Origin: Octopus vulgaris
Lineage: Eukaryota
Length of the DNA stretch: 64,000 nucleotides
Assembly: GCA_951406725.2 (NCBI GenBank)
Contig: OX597816.1
Location: 63,612,001-63,676,000 of the forward strand
Direction: 5' to 3'
Shown: positions 1-15,461 of the stretch, one piece after another
How the letters are laid out: each line of letters opens with the position of its first letter
Position numbering within the stretch: the first letter of the stretch is position 1
Translations under genes and position numbers: made by a program
The notes under the pieces: generated by a model
Database searches by the model: none
What the model saw: only the letters and a program-made list of their open reading frames with translations
What the model was told of the DNA's origin: nothing

Positions 1-125
1 TCTTTCTGTTGACGAGCATAGGCTCGAAACGTTAAAGACTTTTTCATTTTCCGAGCGTTATACTAATACATCTGTTTGTTGTCTACACCACCTGTCTTCG
101 TCTTTTTTTTGCGAATTCTCCCTGT
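1..125 (+). mobile_element. Penelope-like element terminal-repeat remnant with variant minimal hammerhead at 1-38
   Basis: TCTTT-CTGTTGA-C-GAGC(ATAG)GCTC-GAA-ACGT-T-AAAGA gives stem I, core, stem II and palindromic stem III. It is followed by a T-rich tract running into (TA)n and is truncated by the window edge. Confidence 0.6.
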
Positions 126-1039
126 ATATATATAATATATATATATAAAACTTCATACTTGTTGTTATAAATTTTTAGACTATTAACCTCATACCTTGAT
201 ACGAAACAATTTGTTTTAATATTTGTATTTACACTACACAACTCCGTGGTGAAGAAGATCAGAGTGTCAATAACTTTAGTTTCGAAAATAAAACTTTTAG
301 TTTGATACCATCTTCTGGTATTCATGCTCTCTAAAATAAGACGCCCTATGAAGTCTGAAGATGAAACTCTCAAGTTTTAGTGCCGTATGAGTACTAAGAT
401 TTTGAAATTTAATTTTCACCTTGAGTCATCATTGGAGTATTTTAGACAAAGGATCGTTTCATTGACGTTGACTTGGTGCTTGATACCAGCAACTGCAACA
501 GGAATTTTCCCATGGATTTGCATGTATTTCTTGCTGTAAATTTCTCGTGAATATTTGCTCGGAGCTACCATAAGCATTTAAGGAAAGTACAATGCTAGAA
601 GCAAAGTAATTCTTGTCCTTTCATAGCACAATCAGCAAAATGAGGTGATGTCATTGATGAGTTCAAAATAGCGAGGAAAGACTTTGATAAAGGCTTTCAT
701 TGCGTGACTAACCGAATGATTAATCAAATAATCAATTAATTAATTGGTTAAGTATTTTCTAAAATGAACTACTAATAATAACCATGATGAGTGCATGACG
801 AGATCTCGTCAAGAATCTTTGAAATCAAAACACGAAAACCAAATATTTAGCATTCAAAAAAAATTTGCTTACTTGGACTACTTTCTTCTTCGGACTTAGC
901 TTGATATTTGATAATGAACCTCATTTAAATGTAATATATGATTAAACTAACAGCGATAGAATTCTAACCTCAAGCAGTGTGTGCGTGTGAGTGAAAGAGA
1001 GGGGAAGAGGGATAGTGGGAGATAGGAAAAGGGAGAGAA

Positions 1040-1070
<31 letters not shown>

Positions 1071-1283
1071 TAGTGAGAGTAAGCGAGAAAGTGAAAAATA
1101 GTTCAAAAGAGACAGTCCAAGAGAAAGTGTGAGATAGATAGTTAATTATTTGTTAGTGAGACGAAGAGAGCGAGATGTAGATCAAGAGAGATAATTAGTG
1201 AGAGAGAGAAAGTGACAGATAATTATGGAGAGATAGTGAGGAATGGAGAGAGAGAGAGAAGAGTATTTCAAAAGGGATAGTTT

Positions 1284-1326
<43 letters not shown>

Positions 1327-1810
1327 GGAGACAGAGATGAACTGAAAGAAAAGTCGTCGACTAAGGACACGAGAAAATCAAATATCTTTCGCTAATTGGA
1401 ATATATGGGTTAGAAGAGAAAATAGATAGAGCATATGAAATCAGAGCAACGTTAAGAAAAGCTTTGAGCCAAGTTTATCCAGATAAAAGTGGGAAATGCT
1501 GGCGGAGAGGCGATTCTACTACGTGCAGATTCCATATTTTGTAGCTAAACTGGATTACAGACTGAATACTGGATAACGTTGTTAAATTAGAGAAACTGGA
1601 TGAGTGATTTCTTTCATAGAACGGAAATAAGTGTTTATGTTGTTGTTGATGATATTTCTAGAGTCAGCCTTGAATGAGATGATCTCCGATGTTGTCTTAC
1701 AAAGTCTTTCTTCTAGATTTCGTTATCCACTTCAAGAAAATAGAGTATGATAAGAAGAAGTACTGGCTGCTATTTTAGTTGGGGCAGTGACCGGAAAGAG
1801 ACATTCTGGC

Positions 1811-2046
1811 TTACTCTTTTACTCCTTTACTTGTTTCAGTCATTTGACTGTGGCCATGCTGGAGCACCGCCTTTTAGTCGAGCAAATCAACCCCAGGACC
1901 TATTCTTTGTAAGCCTAGTACTTATTCTATCGGTCACATTTGCCGAACCGCTAAGCTACGAGGACGTAAACACACCAGCATCGGTTGTCAAGCGATGTTA
2001 GGGTCACAAACACAGACAAACATATGCACACACACACACACACCCC

Positions 2047-2077
<31 letters not shown>

Positions 2078-2255
2078 TTATACATATATACGATGGGCTT
2101 CTTTCAGTTTCCGTCTACCAAATCCACTCACAAGGCTTTGGTCGGCCCGAGGCTATAGTAGAAGAGACACTTGCCCAAGGTGCCACGCAGTGGGCCTGAA
2201 CCTGGAACCATGTGGTTCGTAAGTAAGCTACTTACCACACAGCCATTCCTACGCC
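1811..2255 (-). mobile_element. tRNA-derived SINE, family A, near full length
   Basis: tRNA-like head with B-box-like GGTTCAG.CCC, internal (TA)n(TG)n tract and GACTGAAACAAGTAAA tail; more than 12 homologous copies in the window. Confidence 0.9.
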
Positions 2256-3071
2256 TATAGTTACTTATCACACAGCCAAGAATTTTGGGCTGGATTTCAG
2301 ATTGTCTAGAAACCTACCAACGTTTTCAAAGACTAGAGAAATTTTTTCTGCATGTTTATTACGATCCTAACATTTTTCAGAATTTAACGAGAGATATTGA
2401 ATTCACGTGACCTTGATATTTTTTCCCGATAAAAGCAATTATAAACATGAACGCGAATGATATTTCTTCCTGTAACATCAATCATGTCTTGGATATGACT
2501 TTCAACCACATCCAGTACTGAGTCCTTAGATCACGAATTCTAGGCTTTAAGAAGTGTGGAGCCATCACTTAGCCATTATTGTTCTCAGGGTTACTCTGAT
2601 CCAGAGTAGTAGCGCCAGTCAGCGTTCCAACAATGGATTATTTAGCATGTCACGGATTGTCCCAGGCACTGGGCAGATGAGACCCTTCATTACTTTAGCT
2701 GTTCATCACTTTAGTTGCTCATCTAAGAAAAGATAATTCCAAACAAATCTTACATCTTCATAACCATTGAGATCGTGGTGCTTGTGTCAGACCAATACAA
2801 GTCTGTTGGAAGAGGAGTGAAACTGAATTCACTGAATTCACTCTAACAATAAACCCTTCCTCCTTTGTTCGATAATTTACTGTGCGTTTAAAAAAGGCTA
2901 AAGGAGTAAATCCCGACAGAAAATCGGGAGTGGGGGGCCCTAAGGCAGATATGTACGATCATATTTAATATCTGGGATCCCCTACGGGTCCATGAATACT
3001 GCAAACGTGTTATCTTTTGTGGTGTATCCATAAATAGAGAGGTGGTAAGTGTATTTGGAGCTAGGTAGCTG

Positions 3072-3665
3072 CTTCTAGAAACAGCTTAAGCACGCAGAGG
3101 TGGTTAAACTTCTAGAAATAGCTGAAGCACGCAGAGATGGTTAAACTTCTAGAAACAGCTGAAGCACGCAGAGGTGGTTAAACCTCTAGAAACAGCTGAA
3201 GTACGCAGAGGTGGTTAAACTTCTAGAAACAGCTGAAGCACGCAGAGATGGTTAAACTTCTAGAAACAGCTGAAGCACGCAGAGATGGTTAAACTTCTAG
3301 AAACAGCTTAAGCACGCAGAGGTTGTTGAACTTCTAGAAACAGCTGAAGTACGCAGAGATGGTTAAACTTCTAGAAACAGCTGAAGCACGCAGAGATAGT
3401 TAAACCTCTAGAAACAGCTGAAGCACGCTGAGAGGGTTAAACTTTTAGAAACAGCTGACGCACGCAGAGATGGTTAAACTTCTAGAAACAGCTGACGCAC
3501 GCAGAGATGGTTAAACTTTTAGAAACAGCTGAAGCACGCAGAGGTGGTTAAGCTTCTAGAAACAGCTGAAGCACGCAGAGGTGGTTAAATTTCTAGAAAC
3601 AGCTGAAGCACGCAGAGGTGGTTAAACTTCTAGAAACAGCTTAAGCACGCAGAGATGGTTAAACT
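3072..3665. repeat. 37-bp minisatellite, 16 copies (CTTCTAGAAACAGCTGAAGCACGCAGAGRTGGTTAAA)
   Basis: Directly visible period of 37 (3072, 3109, ...) with few substitutions and no spacers. Confidence 0.95.
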
Positions 3666-3669
3666 AAAG

Positions 3670-4084
3670 TGTGTGCAATCCTAGCAGGGAACAAAGGCCA
3701 ATCAATATCGATCCTTGCAACTAGGTTTCTCTGTTATTTTGAAAAGCAGTGTAGAACATTTAAATTTCATCTAACGTTCTAAATAAGGTAACTTATTGAA
3801 ACAGCAACTGAATGGAATTCTTTGACTAAGACATTGCACCACTGAAATGCACAGAATTCTCTTATTTCTTCTTTGAAGCATACGTAATATTGGTTCAATC
3901 GATAAATTGCTTTATCTGATACTGGAGGTCTAATCTCGTTAACTTGGCTCAGAATTCTCACTTTCGCGTGGCGGAGCTGGAATGTGGACCACTTGGGGCT
4001 GCCCTTGAGTTTGCCCTTCCCGCCCTCTATACAAGCTTGCAGAAGCGATAAAAACATCGCCCAGCGCAGACCGTCTACTGCCTT
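3670..4084 (-). mobile_element. Decayed non-LTR retrotransposon fragment, possibly L1/Tx1 ORF2 C-terminal region
   Basis: 102-aa ORF 3779-4087 with coding-like composition, interrupted by the SINE at 4100-4587; no diagnostic catalytic motif. Confidence 0.3.
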
Positions 4085-4099
4085 CACTAGCTACTGTTC

Positions 4100-4587
4100 T
4101 TCATCTTCTTCCAATCAGGACTCATGCCATTAGCCACATAGAATAATCTCTAATTCGAGCCTACTCTAAGCTACTAAGTATACGTGTGGCAACTTGATTA
4201 TCCACCCACCACAAGCGATAGACTGGCGGTTGCACGGGCGCGGTAGCTACGTTGTTATCCTCATTCCGTAAAAGCTGGCTTTTAACGGGTTGAGAGATGA
4301 ACCATCCTGGGGTGCAGAGGATTCTCAATCTAGACTAGGGTCCGAAAGTTTACCACACCATAGTGGGTTACACCATGGTTTCTCTGATTTGTGGCAGAAG
4401 TAGGAAGAAAGAGTGAGAAAAAGTTGTGGGGAGAGAGTACAGCGGGGTTCACCCCCCCCCCCCCGGAGCCTCGTGGAGTTTAGGTGTTTTTGTTCAATAA
4501 ACACACACAATGCCCGGTCTGGGAATCGAAACTGCGTTCTTACGACCACGAGTCCGCTGCCCTAACCACTGGGCCATTGCGCCTCCA
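4100..4587 (-). mobile_element. tRNA-derived SINE, family C head, with (GAA)-type tail and 15-bp TSD
   Basis: Head GGAGGCGCAATGGCCCAGTGGTTAGGGCAGCGGACTCG; perfect TSD CACTAGCTACTGTTC at 4085-4099 and 4588-4602. Confidence 0.88.
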
Positions 4588-6348
4588 CACTAGCTACTGT
4601 TCCCTTCCTGCCACGATTAGGTCAACGATACAGAACATGATTTGAACTTAGAGTGCAGTTTTCCATAACGAATACCATAAAGCATCTCGTTCTACGGTCT
4701 AACAACATCTCTAATCCAATGTGATACACCAGTTCTTTGTTTATCGACCCCAAAAGGATGAAAACGAAGATTTGACCTTTGCTCTGCAAAATTTGAACTC
4801 AGAGCTCTGGTAACCGGTACAAATAACACAAAGTATTTTATCGGATACTTTAACGAGCCTGCCATTTCTTCTTGTGTGTGTGAAGAAGGAACTTATAAAA
4901 ATCAAAGAACGAGTAAAGAAATATAGAGATTCGAAAATCTGCTTCCACTTCAAAACTGATGAAGAATTAGATATCTGGAAACTCCCAGAGAATGAAATAC
5001 ACATTTAAGAAGAAAGGAAGCGCGATTTTTTTTCTTTTCCTTTATAACTAAACGTCTTAAAATATCTTTTATCTCTTAAGGAAAGGAATTCGGTGGATTC
5101 TATTTTTGAGAAATTATCTTCTGTTGAGAGTGAGGATACTGTGAAATTGATAAAACGGAGGGAAAAGATGCAATATATTTGAGAACAAGTAAAAGATTAT
5201 TGCTGGAAAAATACTGCTTATAGCGGGAGCAAAATGACCTGGGAAAATAGCATAGTAATCTTACGGTTCAATGGTTTGGTTTATAAAAGATAAATTTATC
5301 AATACGCATGTGTGCGCATAGAAATACGAATACAAGTACCTATAGGTACATATATTTCGGTGAGATAAATCTATGCCCGAGAGACGCAATAATATCGTTC
5401 GTCTTGCCAGTATGATCCATTGGAGTATATAGTGATATATCAGATAAATGCAACTCCGAATGTGTAGAAACTTACATGCACACACTCTCACGTACAGGAG
5501 TTTTCCGGTAGCTTATGGAAATCCTATAATTATTCGCTCGAATGATATATAGTTCGGACAATAAATTTTCCTAACATTTTGCTTCCGTTTATGTGTATTT
5601 TTTTTTTACTTATATACACAGGAAGGCACATGTACACACACATACGATTATCAGCCTCATATACTTACACACTCAAATAAAAGTGATATTTTTGTTGAAG
5701 TAGTTTATCTCGTCTTTCGTTGCAGTGTTTTCATGTATTCCAACTGACATTTTAGATTACTTGCAGAACTGTCTGCAGCAATGAGTTATAACATTCATAT
5801 TTGTCTATCTTAGTTCGAATCCACCAAGATCGACATCGTATTCATTTATTTATCTTTTCCCTTGGTTCAATTTGTACAGTTTCTATTTATGCTCTATTCA
5901 TTATTTTATTTAAATACATTGATTTTAATATGCCTCAGGACCTCTCTAAACTAGACACCATTATCGAAGCGTTATCCAATTCTAATACGATTATCTATGA
6001 AGTAAATCAGTCAATATCGGTACAAGTAACTATCGTAAACCATAAATCCACAAACACTTTAAGCTTTACGAGAATGAAGGACAACTTAGAATAACGAGAT
6101 CCCCAGATATAAAAGATTCAACGAAAACATATCAAATATACATTCTCATCATCAGCTGCCAAACGGATATCATCATGGTGTCAACAGCGATAAAATCAGA
6201 CCTTGCCCGAGAATCAACAATTATCATCAGGAACGAAACATTTGCGCGGTATGTCCATTACGCCAATGTCTTCTTATTACTACAAACAACATCAAAATAA
6301 ACAAATTTGCATTAGCTAATTTATTCTTAAAGTTGTTATTTAAACGAA

Positions 6349-6600
6349 GGTGGAGGCGCGTGGCATAGTGATTAGGGTGTCAGCATCATGATCGTAATAT
6401 TGTGGTTTCGATTTCTGGACCGGGCGACGCGTTGTGTTCTTGAGCAAAACACTTCATTTCACGTTGCTCCAATCCACTCAGCTGGCAGAAATGAGTAACG
6501 CTGCGATGGACTGGCGTCCCGTCCAGCTGGGGAGCACATACGCCATTGAAACCGGGAAACCGGGCCCATGAGCCTGGCTAGGCTTTAAAAGGGCGTATTT
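6349..6600 (+). mobile_element. tRNA-derived SINE, family D
   Basis: A-box TGGCATAGTGATT and B-box GGTTTCGATTTC, central TTGAGCAAAACACTT segment, 3' CTGCGATGGACTGGCGTCCCGTCCAG module. Confidence 0.8.
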
Positions 6601-7767
6601 ATTTTTTATTTATATATTCAAACGAAGTATATCTAAAAATACCTTTACTTTTGAAATATAAGCTTTATGCGATCTCCCTGATAAATGGTGCAACAGGTAT
6701 ATGGCATTGTTTGTTGAAGAATGCAAGCTAAATTCTTAACATTCTTCTTGCTCTTACACCATTTTATATTTTGCTCAAACACAAACCATGCAAATTTCCT
6801 TTATATCCTTTAGGCTTGAAAATATAATTTTATACTGCCATACTGTAAGTTATGATAAACAATGATAAACAATGCGAAAGGCAAATTAGGACATTAATAA
6901 GGAAATATATTGGATTGGCATCCTGAAATTGCATTAAAGCTGTTTAAGCTGATTGGGCTATGATAAATGATGTATGATTGAACCGTGATCAAGGCCTGTG
7001 TCTGAGGTATAATCCGAGGCCTATGACTGAGCTATGATCAGTCATAGAGTTTAAGGATTTCTTTCTAGAAATTTTTGTGATCCATGTCGCGTTTTAAACA
7101 ACCACCTAACATAGACATCCACGTTGACAAAAACAAAGGACGTATACGAAAGAAACAACACCATACGCAAAGTAGCCATCACGCAAGCATGAAATACTAT
7201 CACAAAAGCATAAGACAAAACCTAATCTCAACTTATAAGGATATAAACACGAATGCGAAGGAACGAATCAGCTTCCCTCTGATAGAGCGCATGGACTACC
7301 ACAACATACCGCACCGTATAATGCATAAGAGCCACAAAGCCAACTTTCTTTCCAGTCTTAAATGTAGGATAATCTACCTGACAAGAGCGAGACATGTATT
7401 ATAAGAAAAATGTATACCCGTTGCCATCCTGGGAATACTGATAAAAAAGGGATAAAGGATTTAATCACCGAGTTCTCCAGCTTCAAGAAAGCAGACCTGC
7501 AAATTCACTTTATTTGACATCGTAGATATCTACTGATCAATGTCGAAATCCATTTAATGAAGGCCCCAGACTCGATATAAATTGTGTTGAGTACTAATTT
7601 CCTTTGGTTGTTCACTCACTTTGCATGTATGTATGTATGTATGTATGTATGTATGTATGTATGTATGTATGTATGTATGTATGTATGTATGTATGTATGT
7701 ATGTATGTATGTATGCTTGTATGTACGCATGCATGAATGTGCGCATGTATGTATGCATGTATGTATG

Positions 7768-7808
<41 letters not shown>

Positions 7809-7820
7809 TGTTTTAGTCAT

Positions 7821-8228
7821 TTACTCTTTTACTTGTTTCAGTCATTTGACTGCGACCATGTTGGAGCACCGCATTTAGTCGAGCAAATCGACCCCAGGAC
7901 TTATTCTTTGTAAGCCTAGTACTTATTCTATGGGCCTCTTTTGCTGAACCGCCAAGTTTCGGGGACGTAAATACACCAGCATCGGTTGTCAAACGATGTT
8001 GGGGTGACAAACACAGACGCAAAAACCTATACACACACATACATATATATATATATGCATATCTACGACAGGCTTCTTTCGGTTTCCGTCTACCATATCC
8101 ACTCACAAGGCTTTGATCGGCCCGAGGCTCTAGTAGAAGACACTTGCCTAAGGTGCCACGCAGTGGGACTGAACCCAGAACCATGTGGTTGGTAAGCAAG
8201 CTACTTACCACACAGCCACTCCTGCACC
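7821..8228 (-). mobile_element. SINE family A
   Basis: Full-length match to other family A copies. Confidence 0.9.
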
Positions 8229-8313
8229 TATGCCACAACAGCCACTCCTGCGCCCATATATGTATGGATGCATGCATTCATTTATGTATGCATGTGGAAT
8301 ATATGTATGTATA

Positions 8314-8714
8314 GGCGCAGGAGTGGCTGTGTGGTAAGTAGCTTGCTAACCAACCACATGTTTCTGGGTTCAGTCCCACTGCGTGGCATCTTGGGCAAAT
8401 GTCTTCTGCTATAGCCCCGGGCCGACCAATGCCTTGTGAGTGGATTTGGTAGACGGAAACTGAAAGAAGCCTGTCATATATATGTATATATATATATGTA
8501 TGTGTGTGTGTTTGTGTGTCTGTGTTTGTTCCCCTAGCATTGCTTGACAACCGATGCTGGTGTGTTTATGTCCCCGTCACTTAGCGGTTCGGCAAAAAGA
8601 AACCGATAGAATAAGTACAGTGCTTACAAAAAGAATAAGTCCAGGGGTCGTGTTGCTTGACTAAAGGCGGTGCTCTAGCATAGCCGCAGTCAAATGACTG
8701 AAACAAGTAAAAGA
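8314..8714 (+). mobile_element. SINE family A, head-to-head with the previous copy
   Basis: GGCGCAGGAGTGGCTGTGTGGTAAG...GGGTTCAGTCCC...GACTGAAACAAGTAAAAGA. Confidence 0.9.
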
Positions 8715-10169
8715 TTTTTCGCTTATAGATTATAAACAATGTTTTGGCTGTGAATGGTGATTGAGTGAAGACTTTGGTCTTTGCCTTTTCTTTCTCTCTG
8801 GCATGTGGAAATTGTATTTTTATGATATGAATATGTTCGACGAATTCATACCGTTTATTTTAGTCAATGTTTTACTATATACACGTTTTTGAAGTGAAAA
8901 TCGTGATTTAAATATGTTCTATAATTACATTTTGTATTAACAGTTATAGGTCTACATTTATTTACACTCATAATGCTGGCGTTTAAAGACTGATAGCTTT
9001 TTTAAAGTGATATAGTATTCAATTTCTCCCTTCTAATAGTATTTTCGTGGTACAAACATTATAATATTTTCGTCACAATTTGGGTGTTTCAGTCACGTAT
9101 ATATTATTTATATCTTTTTTAGGCGGAAATATTCGCTTAAATATGTTTCTATAATTAACGGGAACATTTAATAGATATAGGTCTATGTTGGTTTATTCCC
9201 ATGTCGCGTTCTTTTACGATGATTGAAGCCTGATAGCTAATGCAATATGTCACATCGTTAGTTTACGTTTGGCTCATTTTAATTATATTCCCGTGTTTTC
9301 AGTACATTTTATGGGTTGTTAAAGTAGCTATGTGTATTAGTTTATGTTCTTTAATTAATCCATATAATTACAGTTCTAGGCTGATTATTTCCTAGGTTAT
9401 TATCATTTTCCGTTTTATGTATTTACAACTTGTGTTTTCGACATACAAACATACATATATAAGCCCCAAAACACGATTCACATGACCATAACATGAACGG
9501 GTTAACCTATACTAATTTTGTTTTCTGATCTCCATTTTTGTTGACGAAATGCAAAAATCAAGAATATTTTTCTCAACTTAATAAATAGACAAGTGCCTAA
9601 GAATTTTCTATTTCTTCCAGTTATTCCAATTTAGATGAGTAGGATTTTGGCAGATTTAATATATTGTTGAATAACTGAATATATATATACATAAAAAATA
9701 AAAAAATCTCTTCATAAATACTGTAGGAAATTATATTGCAAATCTGTTTTAAATTTCTTCTATTCTAGTTTTTTACTTTTGAAATCGAAAATACTGTGTA
9801 TGTTCAGCACATATATATATACTCATACATGCATACATACAGACAGACAGAAAGTGAGACAATATATAAACAGACATCATCACACAAACACGCAAAAATA
9901 GAAAGTAGTACTCACACATACACATAAATGTGTACACACACACGTCTATAATAGTTTCACACGCGCATACATGTACACATAAGTATGCATACTTCTCTAA
10001 GTATGTATGGAAGAATTCATCAAGCAATTTATACATGTTTATAGATATTTTTGAGAAAAATCTGTATACAGCAGCATACTTCGGCATTTGTGTGTATTTG
10101 TCGGAAAATTTGTTGAAAAATGCTAAACCACATTTTAATCAAACTGTTATACAAACACTAGTGCACGCA

Positions 10170-12900
<2,731 letters not shown>

Positions 12901-13499
12901 TATCTCCATCTCTTCATTTATCTGTCACAGTAATCCATCCCTGATATAATCTTTCGAAAATCTTTGAGCTATTTGAGAATCATTCTACCAACCAACCAAC
13001 CAACCATGACTGAGTAGATCTCTGATCGAAGACGTTCTACTTGTGACCATCCCATCTTGTCCACATATACTGAACGGTACCACACAGAAATTATTCGATT
13101 CACCTCGATACCAAACAAAAATAAATTGTGAATTTTACTATTAAACTGTTTTCGGTTTATTTAGAAGTCCACCCGTTATTCTGCAGTGAAAGAAAGAGTC
13201 ATCACGATATACCTTTTAGCAATATAAATACGTTTAACGAATTGATGTTAGCATCATTGTTAGTATTTTTTAAAGTATACCCCAGTGGTAGTAAATAAAG
13301 TCGTTAGTCATAGAAGTGATAGCAGTTTCAATGTTGAATAAGACCCATATTTTTCTATATGAAAGTAACGTTACAATTAAACAAAGAAACAAATTTACGA
13401 ATATAACATTTACCGTTACAATTTGTACCCCTCCCCCCCCAAAAAAAAACCGGTTCTTCATCTTTTTCTAACATTGAACGACAACAGAAACTGATGGAG

Positions 13500-13880
13500 A
13501 CAGCCATATTCTGGCAAAAATTAAACGTGTGAAAGATATGTGCTTGGATAGAAAGAGAAGTATTTGGGAACTCAAATTTTATCGAAGGAATGGCAAAATA
13601 GTTCTCACATGGCTTTGATAAATGAACTGGGAGGAACTCTATGCTTCCTAGACCGGAGCAAACGATCGTTGGATACTTTATGATATTTCATGAAAGAGTA
13701 ATCAAAAGTGAAAACAGTACCTGTGCATTACTCTTCTGATTTTAGCTTAATTGCCACAGTATATGAACATTAGAAATATTCTAATGTAACATGAGAAAAT
13801 GCCATGCCAGAGATATCGTCGTCGATGTGGACCTCTGGATAATTGCCATTTTGCAGCGGCATTATGGTTATTTAACTATT
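13500..13880 (+). mobile_element. Possible highly decayed DNA-transposase relic (Harbinger-like N-terminus)
   Basis: Broken frames giving fragments such as KREVFGNSNFIE; resemblance only, with many indels. Confidence 0.2.
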
Positions 13881-14221
13881 GTAGAGGTAATCTGCCACGA
13901 CATGTAGTCTCTAGGGGTAAGCATGGTTATCAAGACTTTTCTATCTGTCCATCACTGTGGAGAAAGGGTTAAATAGACTGATAGTACAAATCTGAATCCA
14001 TGTGCATTACGCATAGGTGTACGAACCGTATGAGAAACTAAGGCTTTAAAAAAAATGTTTGAAAATAACGAAAGCAGGAGGATGATCGAAGCAAACAGCA
14101 GTTGAAGAAATATTGATAGTTGGTCCCAGAGATGCAAACGGCAGAAAGAAAAACTATGGCTTGAGGGCTGTTGTTGTTCTTTCTTCTGCAGCACGCCGGT
14201 TGTAAATATTTGAATAAAGCC

Positions 14222-14259
<38 letters not shown>

Positions 14260-14289
14260 TGTGTGTGTGTGTCTGTGTCTGTGTGTGTC

Positions 14290-14506
14290 TGTGTATCTGT
14301 GTTTGTCCACCTACCATCGCTTGACAACCGATGGTGGTGTGCTTACATCCCCGTAACTTAGCTTAGCGGCTCGTAAAAAGAGACCGATAGAATAAGTACT
14401 AGGCTTACAAAGAATAAGTCCTGGGGTCAATTTGCTCGACTAAAGGCGGTGCTCCAGCATGACCGCAGTCAAATGACTGAAACAAATAAAAGAGTAAAAG
14501 AGTAAA
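14290..14506 (+). mobile_element. SINE family A, 3' half
   Basis: Begins at the internal (TG)n tract and ends in the GAGTAAAA repeat tail. Confidence 0.85.
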
Positions 14507-14664
14507 ATCGTGAGGTACACCAATACTATTAAGGCAGCTGCTCTTACTGTTTTGTAGCTTAGTATCTATTGGATGTACACTAGATCTATTTTTCATCCTG
14601 TTTCTTTATATTGCCTTTTCCACTTCTCTTGTCCCACTTATTTTCAAACTCCTTTGTACGACAT

Positions 14665-15461
14665 TTTCTTTTCTACTCTAGGCACAAGACTCGAAATTTT
14701 GGGGGAGGTGGCCAGTCGATTACATCGACCCAAGTGCGCAACTGCTACTTAATTCATTGACCCCCGAAAGGAGGAAAGGCAAAGTCGACCTCGGCTGAAC
14801 TCAGAACGTAAAGACGGACGAAATACCGCTAAGTATTTCGTCCGGCGTGCTAACGTTTCTTATTTCTTTATTGCCCACAAGGGGCTGCAGATAGAGGGGA
14901 CAAACAAGGACAGACGAAGGGATTAAATCGATTACATCGACCCCAGTGCGTAACTGGTACTTAATTTATCGACCCCGAGGGGATGAAATGCAAAGTTTAC
15001 CTCGGCGGAATTTGACCTCAGAACGTAACGGCAGACGAAATACCAATTTCTTTACTACCCACAAGGGGCTAAACACAGAGGAGACAAACAAGGACAGACA
15101 AACGGATTAAGTCGATTACATCGACCCTAGTGCGTAACTGGTACTTATTTTAATCGACCCCGAAAGGATGAAAGACAAAGTCGACCTCGGCGGAATTTTA
15201 ACTCAGAACGTAATGGCAGACGAAATACCTATTTCTTTATTGCCCACAAGGCGCTGAAGATAGAGACAACAAACAAGGACAGACAAACGGATTAAGTCGA
15301 TTATATCGACCCCAGTGCGTAACAGTTACTTATTTAATCGACCCCGAAAGGATGAAAGGCAAAGTCGACCTCGGCGGAATTTGAACTCAGAACGTAACGG
15401 CAGCCGAAATACAGCTAGGCATTTCGCCCGGCGTGCTAACGATACTGCCAGCTAGCTGCCT
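14665..15461 (-). mobile_element. Composite SINE family B array: one tail-1 host plus three tail-2 units, within one TSD
   Basis: Repeated CGACCCCGAAAGGATGAAAGGCAAAGTCGACCTCGGCGGAATTTGAACTCAGAACG core; TSD TCCTTTGTAYGACAT at 14650-14664 and 15462-15476. Confidence 0.88.

Noticed and set aside
1747-2222. Recurrent short ORFs (e.g. DCGHAGAPP, TCPRCHAVGLN) suggesting a gene family
   Set aside because: They are translations of SINE A copies.
3072-3665. CRISPR array (37-bp partly palindromic repeats)
   Set aside because: The repeats are contiguous with no unique spacers, there are no cas genes, and the context is eukaryotic.
8314-8390. tRNA genes at SINE heads
   Set aside because: They have A/B boxes but no complete cloverleaf, and are always fused to SINE bodies.
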